From contig CAWVME010000047.1 of assembly GCA_963930325.1 (NCBI GenBank), positions 1-24,789 on the forward strand: a stretch of 24,789 bases of DNA, read 5' to 3'. The translations under genes and the position numbers were made by a program. Positions 1 to 9,650 of this stretch are shown one piece after another. The first letter of the stretch is position 1, and each line of letters opens with the position of its first letter. The stretch is from Bacillota bacterium. GTDB lineage: Bacteria > Bacillota > Clostridia > TANB77 > CAG-508. Under the pieces are notes generated by a model. It did no database searches and was not told the origin of the DNA. It saw only the letters and a program-made list of their open reading frames with translations.

Positions 1-52
1 ATGTAGAATATACTTTTTAAATTAAATTTTTGTAATAAGAATTATCAAGGAC

Positions 53-80
53 TTGAATTCTAATAAAAATAAGCTAAAAT
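53..80 (+). promoter_or_regulatory. Putative sigma-A-type promoter of the surface-protein operon
   Basis: TTGAAT (53-58), 16-nt spacer, TAAAAT (75-80), about 35 nt upstream of ATG 115. Sequence match only. Confidence 0.3.
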
Positions 81-114
81 GAGAGTAATACAAGAAAAAT
101 TGGGAGGAAGAGTT

Positions 115-3100
115 ATGTCTAAAATTCTTAGTAAAATCATAGCTACTTGTTTAGTTATTATGATGCTACTTACAAATGTACTAATTATAGGAGTGTATTT
201 TGCAGGAAAAGTTATAGCAATAGAAGACGGAAGTTTAGAAATGCAAGATAGTACGACAAATCATCAGAACGTAGAATTTGATGCTTACTTTAAAGAAGGA
301 GAAACAGAAAAGCATACTAGTGTATTTGAAGTAGGAGATAGTAATGCCATATTATATTTAAAGCTAAATGTAAAAAAAGAGGGCTATTTAAAGAATGCTA
401 AAGTTACATTAGAAAATGCCAATTATGAAATTAATACAGATATAGGAGAATCTCAAATTGTTCAAGAAATAAGTGAGAACCAAATTCTTTATAAGCAAAT
501 AGGTGGCGGAGTAGAAACAATACGTCCATTAGAAATTAGAAAAAAACAAAGTGAGAGAAGCAGTATAGATGAAACAGGAAAAGAAAGTAATATTAAATTA
601 GAAGCTACCTATATAGATAATGATGGAAATGAAATTGCTATAGAAAAAACAGTACAAATACATGTAGGATGGACAGACGAAAATAAAATAGCCATTACAG
701 AAGAAGTAGAAAAATATATTAAGAACGAAAACGAAATCATCCTCCAAAACAAAATAGAAATAGAAAGAACAGAAGGAATTTTAGCAGTAGAAAAAACAGA
801 AATTGAATTAGATGCAATAAAAATAGGAGAATATTATCCAGAAACTGTAGAAGTTATAGGGAATAGCACAAAAGGAACAAATGGTAGAGAAGACGAAAAA
901 GTAGAATTCAATCAAAATAATTATAGCTATAACAGCCAAACTGGAAAAATAAACATTCAAATTCAAAATCAAGAAGAAAATGGAAGTGTATGGGCAGGAA
1001 AAGGGAAAGACAGTATAAGTATTTTAAGCACATATGGACAAGAAGCGTATGAATACATGGAAACAAAAGGGCAAGAAGAAATTGCATTAAAAATAACGGT
1101 TAAAATGCAAATAAAAAATCATAAAGAAACAGTAGAGACTGTAGAAACATTAGAAAAAACAGAAACAATAGGAAATGTACAAGGAAAAATTATTGAAGAA
1201 AATATAAAAGCACAAGAAACAGAAATAAACAAAGGGAAGATATATGCAAACAGTACAAATTCAGGGAATAATTATGAAACAGAATATAATATTAAATGGA
1301 AAACCAATATAAGCAAATTAGGAGAAACAATAAAATTAGAGAGCAACTCAGATGTATTTGTTGGGCTAAATGATCAAACTAATATAGCATACTATAAGAA
1401 AACTACAGTAGAAGAATCAAACTTCCTAGAAATTTTAGGAGAAAATGGAAATATAAAAATATATTCAGGAGAAACAGAAATAGGAACAATACAAAAGGGG
1501 AATTACGAAATAATATATGAAGAAAATCAAATAGAAAATGTAAGAATAGAAACAACGGAACCAATTAGCAATGGAAATCTATATATTATGCATGCAAAAG
1601 TAATAAAATCAAACTTAGGATATAGTAAAGATGAATTAAAACAAGCAACAGGAATAAAAAGTAGTATAGGAGAAAAAACAAGTATAATTAACTTAATTGA
1701 AACAACAAGCAAAGCAAGTATAAGCTTAAATAAAGATATACTTTATGCAGGACAAGAAAATGAAAATGTAGAAATACAAATTAAATTACATAATAGTGAC
1801 CAAACTAAAGACTTATATAAAAACCCTAGCCTAGAAATAGAATTACCAGAAGAAATAGAAAACGTAGAAATCACAGGAAGTAAAATACTTTTTGATGACG
1901 AACTAAGCATAAAAAATACAAATGTAGAAGAAGTAAATGGCAAAAGAGTTATAAAAGTAGAATTATCAGGAGAACAAACTAAATTTAATGAGAACATTAT
2001 TTCAGAAGGGACTAACCTATTAATTACAGCTAATTTAAGCCTAAAAGAAATTGAAGAGAGCAAAAGGGAAGAAATAAAACTAAAATATACAAATGAAAAT
2101 TCTACTAATTATGAAGAACAAGAAGAAAGCTATGGAATTAGCAAAACAAATATTAATATAGGAAAAGTAAGTAAACAAGAAGAAAATGGAAATCAAAATT
2201 TAGGAAATGGAACACAAGTAGCTCCAGGAGTAAATTACGAAATGAATTTAACTACATCAGTAGGAGAAGAAGCTATACATGAAGGGCAAATCTTTTCTTA
2301 TATAGTAACTGTTAAAAATACAGGAACACAAGCAATAGAGAATGCAGTAGTAACAATTCCTGTACCAGAAGGAACTGTATATGTGAAATATGAAATACGA
2401 GATGAATCAAATGAAGATGAAGAATATGGAGAAAGTATAGGATATTACGAATATGAAAATATTACAGAAATGCCATATACAATTGTGCAATTAAATGCAA
2501 ATGAAACAGCGACTTGTGAACTTTTAGTAAAAGCAAAAAAAATAACTATGACACAAGAAAGTATAAAAAATAAAGCTAAAATACAAATAGGAGAAGAAAT
2601 ACAAGAAACAGAAGAAGTCTCAAATGAATTGAAAGAGGCTACTGCATCTATTGTACTTTGCGGAGAAAAAGTAATAAAATCATTAATTAATGAAGAAATA
2701 AGAATTCCAATAATAATACAAAATTTAACAGAAGAAAATATTACAGATATACAAGCACAAATTCAATTGCCAGAAGAACTAGAGTATGTGGACTTGACAA
2801 TTGACACAGAAGGAATTACTAATGCAAATTATGACGAAGTGACAAAAACTCTTTTCATGGAAATAAGTCAAATAGAAGATTTTGAATTAGTTACTCTAGT
2901 TGTTTCAACAAAAGAGACAAAACAAAGCAAATTAATTGCAAATTTAGTAGCCAATGGCGAAAATATAAAATCTAATGAAATCGGAATACAAGGCGAAAAT
3001 ATAAATATAGAAGTATCTCATACTTCACCAACAGCAGGAGAAACATTAGAACAAGGAGATGAAATAGAATATATTATAACTATAAAAAATAATAGCCAAT

Positions 3101-4410
3101 ATAATTTAGCAAATTTATCAATTATAGATGTATTACCTGAAATATTAGAATTTAATGAGGCTATTTGCACTATTACTGATGCACAGCCATTTTCAATACA
3201 ATCTATACAAGATGGAGTGCTTAGAATAAATTGGAACTTAGAAGCACAAAAACAATTAGAATTAAAAATTACAGGAACAGTTGGAGAAAATACACAAAGC
3301 TTAAGTGAAATACAAAATGAAGTTACTATTAGTGCAACAAACTTAGAAGAAAGAAAACTAAATTCAGTTATTCATTATTTAAAAGGTATAGATATTCCAG
3401 AAGAAAAGTTCAAAATTTCTGGAAATGTATGGGTTGATACAAATAAAAATGGAGTGCAAGAAGAAATAGAAGACAAGCTAGAAGGAATAACCGTTCGTTT
3501 ATTAAATGCAGAAACTAATGAATTTATGCAAGATATAGAAGCTATAACAAAAGAAGATGGAAGCTATGAGTTAAGCAATATTTCTAAAGGAAGATATATG
3601 GTAGTTATTTCTTATGATAGTAGTAAATATAGTATTACGGAATATAAAAAGGAAAATGCATTAGAGGAAGCAACATCGAAATTTATAAAAGCTACTTTAA
3701 CAGAAAATGATGAAACAAAAGAAGTGGCTATTACAGATATATTATTCTTAGAGCAAGACCTAGAAAATATTCATTTAGGACTTATCGAAAACGAAGTATT
3801 TGACTTAAAATTGGACAAATACATTAACAAAGTTATTGTGCAAAATTCGCAAGGAACGAGAGCATATGAATATAACAATAGTAAAATAGAAAAAATAGAG
3901 ATTCCATCAAGATATTTAGCAGAAAGTACAGTATTAATTGAATATAAAATGATAGTAACTAATGAAGGAGAAGTAGCAGGATATGCAAGTGAATTAGTAG
4001 ATAATTTACCAAGAGATCTAACATTTAGTTCAGAGCTTAATAATGATTGGTATGTAGGAGAAGATGGAAAGATACATACAAGAGCATTAGAAGCAGATTT
4101 AATACAACCAGGAGAAACGCGAGAAGTATTACTAATTTTAAGAAAGAGAATGACGGAAACAAATGCAGGAAATACAAATAATACAGCAGAAATATATGAA
4201 GCTAGCAATGAACTTGGAATAGAAGATATAGATTCGACACCTGGAAATGAAAATCAAAGAGAAGATGATATTAGTTCAGCAGATGTAGTTATATCAATAA
4301 AAACAGGAGAAGGTATAGGAACAGTAATAATTATATTATTGATTAGTATAGGAATAATTGCAGGGGGAAGTTATATTATCAAAAAAACAGTATTAGAAGA
4401 AAGGGGGTAG
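115..4410 (+). CDS. Giant cell-surface protein with DUF11/CARDB-like repeats and an SdrD B-like (Cna-B fold) domain, plus a C-terminal sorting-like signal
   Basis: ORF 79-4410. Preferred start is ATG 115, 7 nt after GGAGG (103-107). N-terminal hydrophobic signal/anchor MSKILSKIIATCLVIMMLLTNVLIIGVYFAG. DUF11-like segments GQIFSYIVTVKNTGTQAIENAVVTIPVPEGT, GDEIEYIITIKNNSQYNLANLSIIDVLPE and YKMIVTNEGEVAGYASELVDNLPRDL. SdrD-B-like segment ISGNVWVDTNKNGVQEE...EDGSYELSNISKGRYMVV. C-terminus is ISIKTGEG, then a 22-aa hydrophobic stretch, then KKTVLEERG. Confidence 0.8.
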   Translation: MSKILSKIIATCLVIMMLLTNVLIIGVYFAGKVIAIEDGSLEMQDSTTNHQNVEFDAYFKEGETEKHTSVFEVGDSNAILYLKLNVKKEGYLKNAKVTLENANYEINTDIGESQIVQEISENQILYKQIGGGVETIRPLEIRKKQSERSSIDETGKESNIKLEATYIDNDGNEIAIEKTVQIHVGWTDENKIAITEEVEKYIKNENEIILQNKIEIERTEGILAVEKTEIELDAIKIGEYYPETVEVIGNSTKGTNGREDEKVEFNQNNYSYNSQTGKINIQIQNQEENGSVWAGKGKDSISILSTYGQEAYEYMETKGQEEIALKITVKMQIKNHKETVETVETLEKTETIGNVQGKIIEENIKAQETEINKGKIYANSTNSGNNYETEYNIKWKTNISKLGETIKLESNSDVFVGLNDQTNIAYYKKTTVEESNFLEILGENGNIKIYSGETEIGTIQKGNYEIIYEENQIENVRIETTEPISNGNLYIMHAKVIKSNLGYSKDELKQATGIKSSIGEKTSIINLIETTSKASISLNKDILYAGQENENVEIQIKLHNSDQTKDLYKNPSLEIELPEEIENVEITGSKILFDDELSIKNTNVEEVNGKRVIKVELSGEQTKFNENIISEGTNLLITANLSLKEIEESKREEIKLKYTNENSTNYEEQEESYGISKTNINIGKVSKQEENGNQNLGNGTQVAPGVNYEMNLTTSVGEEAIHEGQIFSYIVTVKNTGTQAIENAVVTIPVPEGTVYVKYEIRDESNEDEEYGESIGYYEYENITEMPYTIVQLNANETATCELLVKAKKITMTQESIKNKAKIQIGEEIQETEEVSNELKEATASIVLCGEKVIKSLINEEIRIPIIIQNLTEENITDIQAQIQLPEELEYVDLTIDTEGITNANYDEVTKTLFMEISQIEDFELVTLVVSTKETKQSKLIANLVANGENIKSNEIGIQGENINIEVSHTSPTAGETLEQGDEIEYIITIKNNSQYNLANLSIIDVLPEILEFNEAICTITDAQPFSIQSIQDGVLRINWNLEAQKQLELKITGTVGENTQSLSEIQNEVTISATNLEERKLNSVIHYLKGIDIPEEKFKISGNVWVDTNKNGVQEEIEDKLEGITVRLLNAETNEFMQDIEAITKEDGSYELSNISKGRYMVVISYDSSKYSITEYKKENALEEATSKFIKATLTENDETKEVAITDILFLEQDLENIHLGLIENEVFDLKLDKYINKVIVQNSQGTRAYEYNNSKIEKIEIPSRYLAESTVLIEYKMIVTNEGEVAGYASELVDNLPRDLTFSSELNNDWYVGEDGKIHTRALEADLIQPGETREVLLILRKRMTETNAGNTNNTAEIYEASNELGIEDIDSTPGNENQREDDISSADVVISIKTGEGIGTVIIILLISIGIIAGGSYIIKKTVLEERG

Positions 4411-4414
4411 AAAA

Positions 4415-7400
4415 ATGACTAGAAAAATTTTAAAGATACTATTCCTTATACTAGTAATTTTAAGTGTATTTGGAGTGAGTAAATCCTATGCTGAATGGCT
4501 TGACATAGGAGAAGGAAAAGGAACTGTAAAATTAAATAGCCCTTACAGAGGAAATTATCTGTATTGCATGAAAAAAGGAGCTCACGTAAATTACTTGTGT
4601 ACAGCCGTAGAAGTAGATGACAACGGAAATTTAATAGGAACCGATATAAGGAGTCAAATTGCAAGCAAAGGTGAAACAGATTTAATTGCTTACATACTTA
4701 ATCGCTCTGGCTGGGGAAATGGACATGATTCTGACAAACAACAAGAACTTTGGGCCCATTCATCATTATTTGGGTCAAGCATAAATCATAATAATTGTGC
4801 TAAAAAAGCTGAAATCGATAGTTATATAGCTTATAAAAATATATTAAATAATGGCTATCAGTCAAAATTTACTACTTATAATCAAAAAGTGGAAACAAAT
4901 GGAAATAATAAAATTATAGGACCATTTGCTGTAGAATTTTTAGAAACAACAATAGGTGGCACAACATATGCAGGTTTTCAAAGTATACAAGTATTTAATG
5001 ACTCAGGGAGTTCTATATCATATACATTATTAAATGAAAATAAACAAAGTATAAATACAATAACATCTAATCAAGTCTTTTATGTACAAATACCTTCAAG
5101 TCAAACCTGTTCAAGAATAAATATTCAGACTTATACTAAAGAAATACAGCTCACATCAGCTTACAAAGCAGACCTTAAGAAAGTGGACGATTGTGGAAAT
5201 AGAACGCATAGTAATGCTACACAACCAATTTTTTGGGGAAGCACTAATGTATCAACAAGAACCCGTTCACTTAATGCAACAATTTCAGAAGAAACAGAAA
5301 AACAAGTTAAATATACATTAAACATTAATAAAAAGGCTTCCGATACAAATGCAACATTAAGTGGAGCAAGGTTTACAATTCAGGCATCTAACGCTTTAGC
5401 TACTAACTTTTCAACTATAAGTAGCTCAAACATAAGTGGAAATAGTAGTGTAACATTTACATTTACAAACACCGGAACATTTACTTATGTAATTTCTGAA
5501 ACGACAGTACCAAGTGGATATCAAGGAAGTTCGAGTGTAACGTTGACAATACAAGTAGTATTAAATGCAAGAACAGGAGAATATGAAGTGTCATCTGTTA
5601 ATATCAATCCAATAAGCACTGCAACACTAAGCGGAAATACATTAACAGTAACCAATATTCCAGCAGAGGTACCAGAAAAACAAGTTCAATACACATTAAA
5701 CATTAATAAAAAGGCTTCTGATACAAATGCAACATTAAGCGGAGCAAGATTTACAATTCGACCATCGAATACTTTAGCTACTAATTCTTCAACTATAAGT
5801 AATTCAAATATAAGTGGAAATAGTAGTGTAACATTTACATTTACAAGTACTGGAACATTTATATATACAATTTCTGAAACAACAGTACCAAGTGGATATC
5901 AGGGAGTTTCGAATATAACATTAACAATACAGGTTGGAATAAGTACAACAGGAGAATATCGAGTAAATTCTACTATGATTAATTCTGTAAGTAATGTAGA
6001 ACTAAGTGGACGGAAACACATTAACAGTAACCAATGACCCAGAAGAAGAGCCAGAACCACCAGCTTCAGGAAATCATACAATAACAATTTATAAAACAAA
6101 TGCTAGTACAGGAGAAACATTAGCAGGAGCTTACTTTACTGTAACAGGATCTGGAATAAATAAAACTGTCGGACCAACATCAAGTAATGGAACAGCTAGC
6201 TTCAACATTGAAATAAACAGTGAGGGAACATTCACTTATACAATTACAGAAAGAACAGCACCAAGTGGATATATAAAATCTAATGCATCAAGAACAGTAA
6301 CTATAGTAACGAGATTAAATACAACTGCAAACAGATATGAAGTAGTAAGCTGTACAGCATGTGATAATAGAAGTACAACTACATTTTCAAACAAGCCAAT
6401 TTATACAAGCACGTATAATTATAACTTAAAGAAGGTTGATAGTGAAACAAGCGAAGGACTTGCTGGAGCGGAATTCTCGATTGTAGGACCAAATGTAAAT
6501 AAAACTGTTGGACCAAGTGATGCAAATGGAAACATAGAGATAACAGACATTCCAATTAATCAGGCTGGAACATTTGAATATACTATCACAGAGACAAAAG
6601 GCGTATATTCTTACCATCAAAATAGTACACCATTTAAACTAACGTTAAGAGTGAGTTTGGTAGAATATAGTACTTATGCAAGATATGAAGTACAAAGTGC
6701 AACAATCACAGAAGGGAGCGGTGTAACACAAAGTGGAAATACTGCGATTGTCCCAAATGTACCAGTTAGAGTTGATATTAGTGGATTAGTATGGTTAGAT
6801 GAAATCCATATTGCAGATAAGGAAGGCATTTATAATGGAAGGGTTGATTCAGATGAAGCACAGAGATTTTCCGGAATAGAAGTGAACTTATATGAAGGAA
6901 ATACTTTAGTTCAAACAACAAGAACAAATTCAAATGGAGAATATACATTTAGTAATGTAAGAGGATATAGAAATTACAGAGTTACATTTACATATGAAGG
7001 AATGACTTATACATCAACAATTTTTGATAGCAATACTACAAACGGAGAAAAAACTTCTAAAGCAGACGAAACTGAAAATGTAAGAAGAGAGTTTAATAGT
7101 AAGTTTAGAGAAATTATTCCAGGAAAAGCAACAGGAAGCAAAGGAGAAATTAATTTAAATTATAATATAACTCCGGGAAGTGACACAAGATATGCAGTTG
7201 CAGAGGTAGATACAAATAATCCAGAATTTATGATACAAGTAGCGACACCTAATTTCCAAATCTATGGAGACGATATTATTAATGTAAATTTAGGACTTGT
7301 TACTAGAGATAAAGCAGATTTTAGCATGCAACAGGGAGTTAAAGAAATGACAGTAACAATTAACGGAGTTACTACTAAAATAACAGAAGGTATAACAGAT

Positions 7401-9383
7401 ATTAATACAGAAGATGAAATTAGAGAGTATTTAGTACAAAGAAACCAAACAAGAGAATACAATATTAAAAATTCAGACTATACATACAGAATAGGAGATT
7501 ATACAGATTTAAGCGGAAGCAATAAAAAAGCAGGTGCAAATCAAACAGAAGAATTAGAAATCTATATTACTTATATGGTAGCTATAAAAAACGGTGGAGA
7601 TGTGGATGGAGTAGTAAATGAAGTCAAGAACTATTATCAAGACACATATACTATTACACAAATAAATGATAAAGCAGATGGAACAGGAAATAATCTTGCA
7701 TATCAAGACACAGGAAATAGTAATGGCTATAATTCAGTAAACATAGATACAAGTGTACTCGGAACAATTGAACAAGGAAGAAGCAAATGGATATATATTA
7801 CTTACAGAATAAACAAAAATAATCAAACCGAAAGAAATATAGAATTAGGAAATAAATCCACAGTAATAGAGATACAAAGATATACAACATATCAAGATAA
7901 TAGTTCAGCAGATCACGAAAAATACTCTAATGGAGTGTTAGATGCTAATTCTGCACCAGGTAACCTAAATATAACAGCAGATGTAAGCACACATGAAAAT
8001 GATACAGCAAAAGCGCCAACTTTAAATATAACAAAAGGAGCAACAAGAAAGATTACAGGAAATGTGTGGGATGATTTAAATCAAGACGGATATAAAAATG
8101 ATGGAACTGCTTCTATTAATGGAGTAACTGTACAATTAGTAGAAATATACAACGGAAGAGAGTTTATCTGGAAAGAAATGTACACAGGCGAACAAAACAT
8201 AAGTTATGTAGATTACATAGGAAGCATTAACAGAGACCAAACAAATGTAAAAAGTATAGAAGATGGAGAGTACTATTTTGAAGACTTTATTCCAGGTGAA
8301 TATATAATCAGATTTAGATATGGAGACACAGTAAAAACAGTTAAATTACAGAGTGATGGAGGAGCTAATGAAAAATCGTATAATGGACATGCATATGAAT
8401 CTACCGTATTTGGTTATGATTCAAAAGCACAAGACAGAAGCGATAGAAGAAATGAAGTACTAAACAACACTAAAACAGTAAATAACAAAATAGGAAGTTT
8501 GCTTGTGGCACCATATAACAATCCAAGCGATGAAAAAATTGCGGAATTAATTGATTTAACATGGATGGCAGCAGATACAGATTCGATAAGAGTAGATAGT
8601 GAAACAGAAAATATAGACAATATTCAGTTAGGACTAAAAGAACGTAAAAAAGATAATATTACTGTAGATAAAAGTATTAGTCATATTAGTGTAACATTAA
8701 ATAACGGAACAGAATATGTTAATACAAACTATCCATTAGAAGGAGGGGTTAGCGGAATATTTGATACTCCTAATGGACCATGGATACAAATGTCATCAGA
8801 AATTATAAATGGAGCAACATTAAAAATTAAATACAAAATTAAAGTAACGAATAATAGTGATGACAATACAATTACAAACTTAAAATTTATTGATTACTTG
8901 CCAGAAGGCATGAGGATTGATTACGGAGTAAATACAGAATGGGAAGGAATAGACACATCAAAACTAAGTGATATGCTAGATCAAAGTATAATATCAAGTG
9001 CACAAAGCTGTAACAAAATAATGATAACAAATAAAAATGGAATTACATTAAATCCAAATGAAAGCAAAGAACTAGAAATAGAGGCAAGTGTTACACTTTC
9101 ACCAGATATGAATGAATATAACTATATTAACTTAGCAGAAATATTAGAATACACGAGTGAAGCAGGAAGAAGAAATGAAGAAGGTGTTCCTGGAAATCAA
9201 GACCCTACACCAGATGAATCAGGAGATATCGAAACACCAGAAAAAGATGCAGACACATCAGAAGAAGTTACTATTACAAAAAATACGGGAGAAAATAAAG
9301 AACCTATGTATTATTTCATCGGAATTGGAATAGCAATTGTTCTACTAGGAGGAATAGCGCTAATAAAAAAATATGTAATTTAG
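4415..9383 (+). CDS. Giant surface adhesin/pilin-like protein (4 SpaA/CnaB-type domains, 2 SdrD B-like domains), with one +1 frame break at CGG 6011-6013
   Basis: ORFs 4415-6037 and 6006-9383 are contiguous parts of one protein. The part after the break (NTLTVTNDPEEEP) continues the domain repeat seen intact one copy earlier (SGNTLTVTNIPAEVP). RBS AGGGGG lies before ATG 4415, 4 nt after the upstream stop, so the two genes form an operon. Signal peptide MTRKILKILFLILVILSVFGVSKSYA. CnaB/SpaA-like strands LNINKKASDTNATLSGARFTI, TIYKTNASTGETLAGAYFTV and LKKVDSETSEGLAGAEFSI. E-box-like motifs YVISETTVPSGY and YTITERTAPSGY. SdrD-B-like segments ISGLVWLDE...SNGEYTFSNV and ITGNVWDDLNQDGYKNDG...EDGEYYFEDFIPGEYIIRF. 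C-terminus is ITKNTGEN, a TM segment, then KKYVI. Confidence 0.75.
5297..6053 (+). repeat. Tandem duplication, 2 copies of about 378 nt (126 aa), each one SpaA/CnaB-type domain
   Basis: Copy 1 runs 5297-5674 (EKQVKYTLNINKKASDTNATLSGARFTIQ...TVTNIPAEVP). Copy 2 runs 5675-6053 (EKQVQYTLNINKKASDTNATLSGARFTIR...TVTNDPEEEP). Long identical nucleotide runs are visible, for example aacattaataaaaaggcttc.gatacaaatgcaacattaag.ggagcaag.tttacaatt. Confidence 0.85.
6011..6014 (+). other. In-frame CGG at a +1 frame junction (CGGA): candidate recoding site or indel
   Basis: AGT GGA CGG AAA CAC reaches a stop at 6035-6037. Skipping C6011 gives GGA AAC ACA TTA ACA GTA ACC AAT, i.e. G-NTLTVTN, matching the sister repeat. 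Confidence 0.7.
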
Positions 9384-9391
9384 TTTATAAC

Positions 9392-9419
9392 AAAAAAGAC
9401 GCTACATAGCGTCTTTTTT
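9392..9419 (+). terminator. Rho-independent terminator after the surface-protein operon
   Basis: aaaaaagacgct / acat / agcgtctttttt: a perfect 12-bp stem and 4-nt loop with the T-run inside and after the 3' arm, 9 nt after the stop at 9383. Confidence 0.85.
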
Positions 9420-9650
9420 GTTGCAAAATTTTAAAAAAATATAAGGGATAAATTATCCCAAAAATCTTGTAATTTGCGACAATATATAATAAAATAAAAG
9501 ACATAATAAAAGAACATTTATATCAAAAGATAAAAAATAGAAATATAAGAGCATAAAATGTAAAAAACTTTTTCTTATTTGCTACCTTGAAACGACAAAA
9601 ACTTTGGAACAAAAACAGTAGAATTTAAGAAAAAGTACGAGGTGGTAGAA

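Noticed and set aside
79-114. Longest-ORF start codons at 79, 9642, 13004, 14479, 16539 (-), 17712, 21848 (-), 22687 (-) and 23521
   Set aside because: In each case a better start lies downstream, 5-8 nt after a GGAGG-type SD. In three cases the upstream ATG is itself part of the SD (ATGGAGGT at 13004, 21848 and 22687). The extensions at 14479 and 17712 run through terminator hairpins. I treated this as an annotation caveat, not biology.
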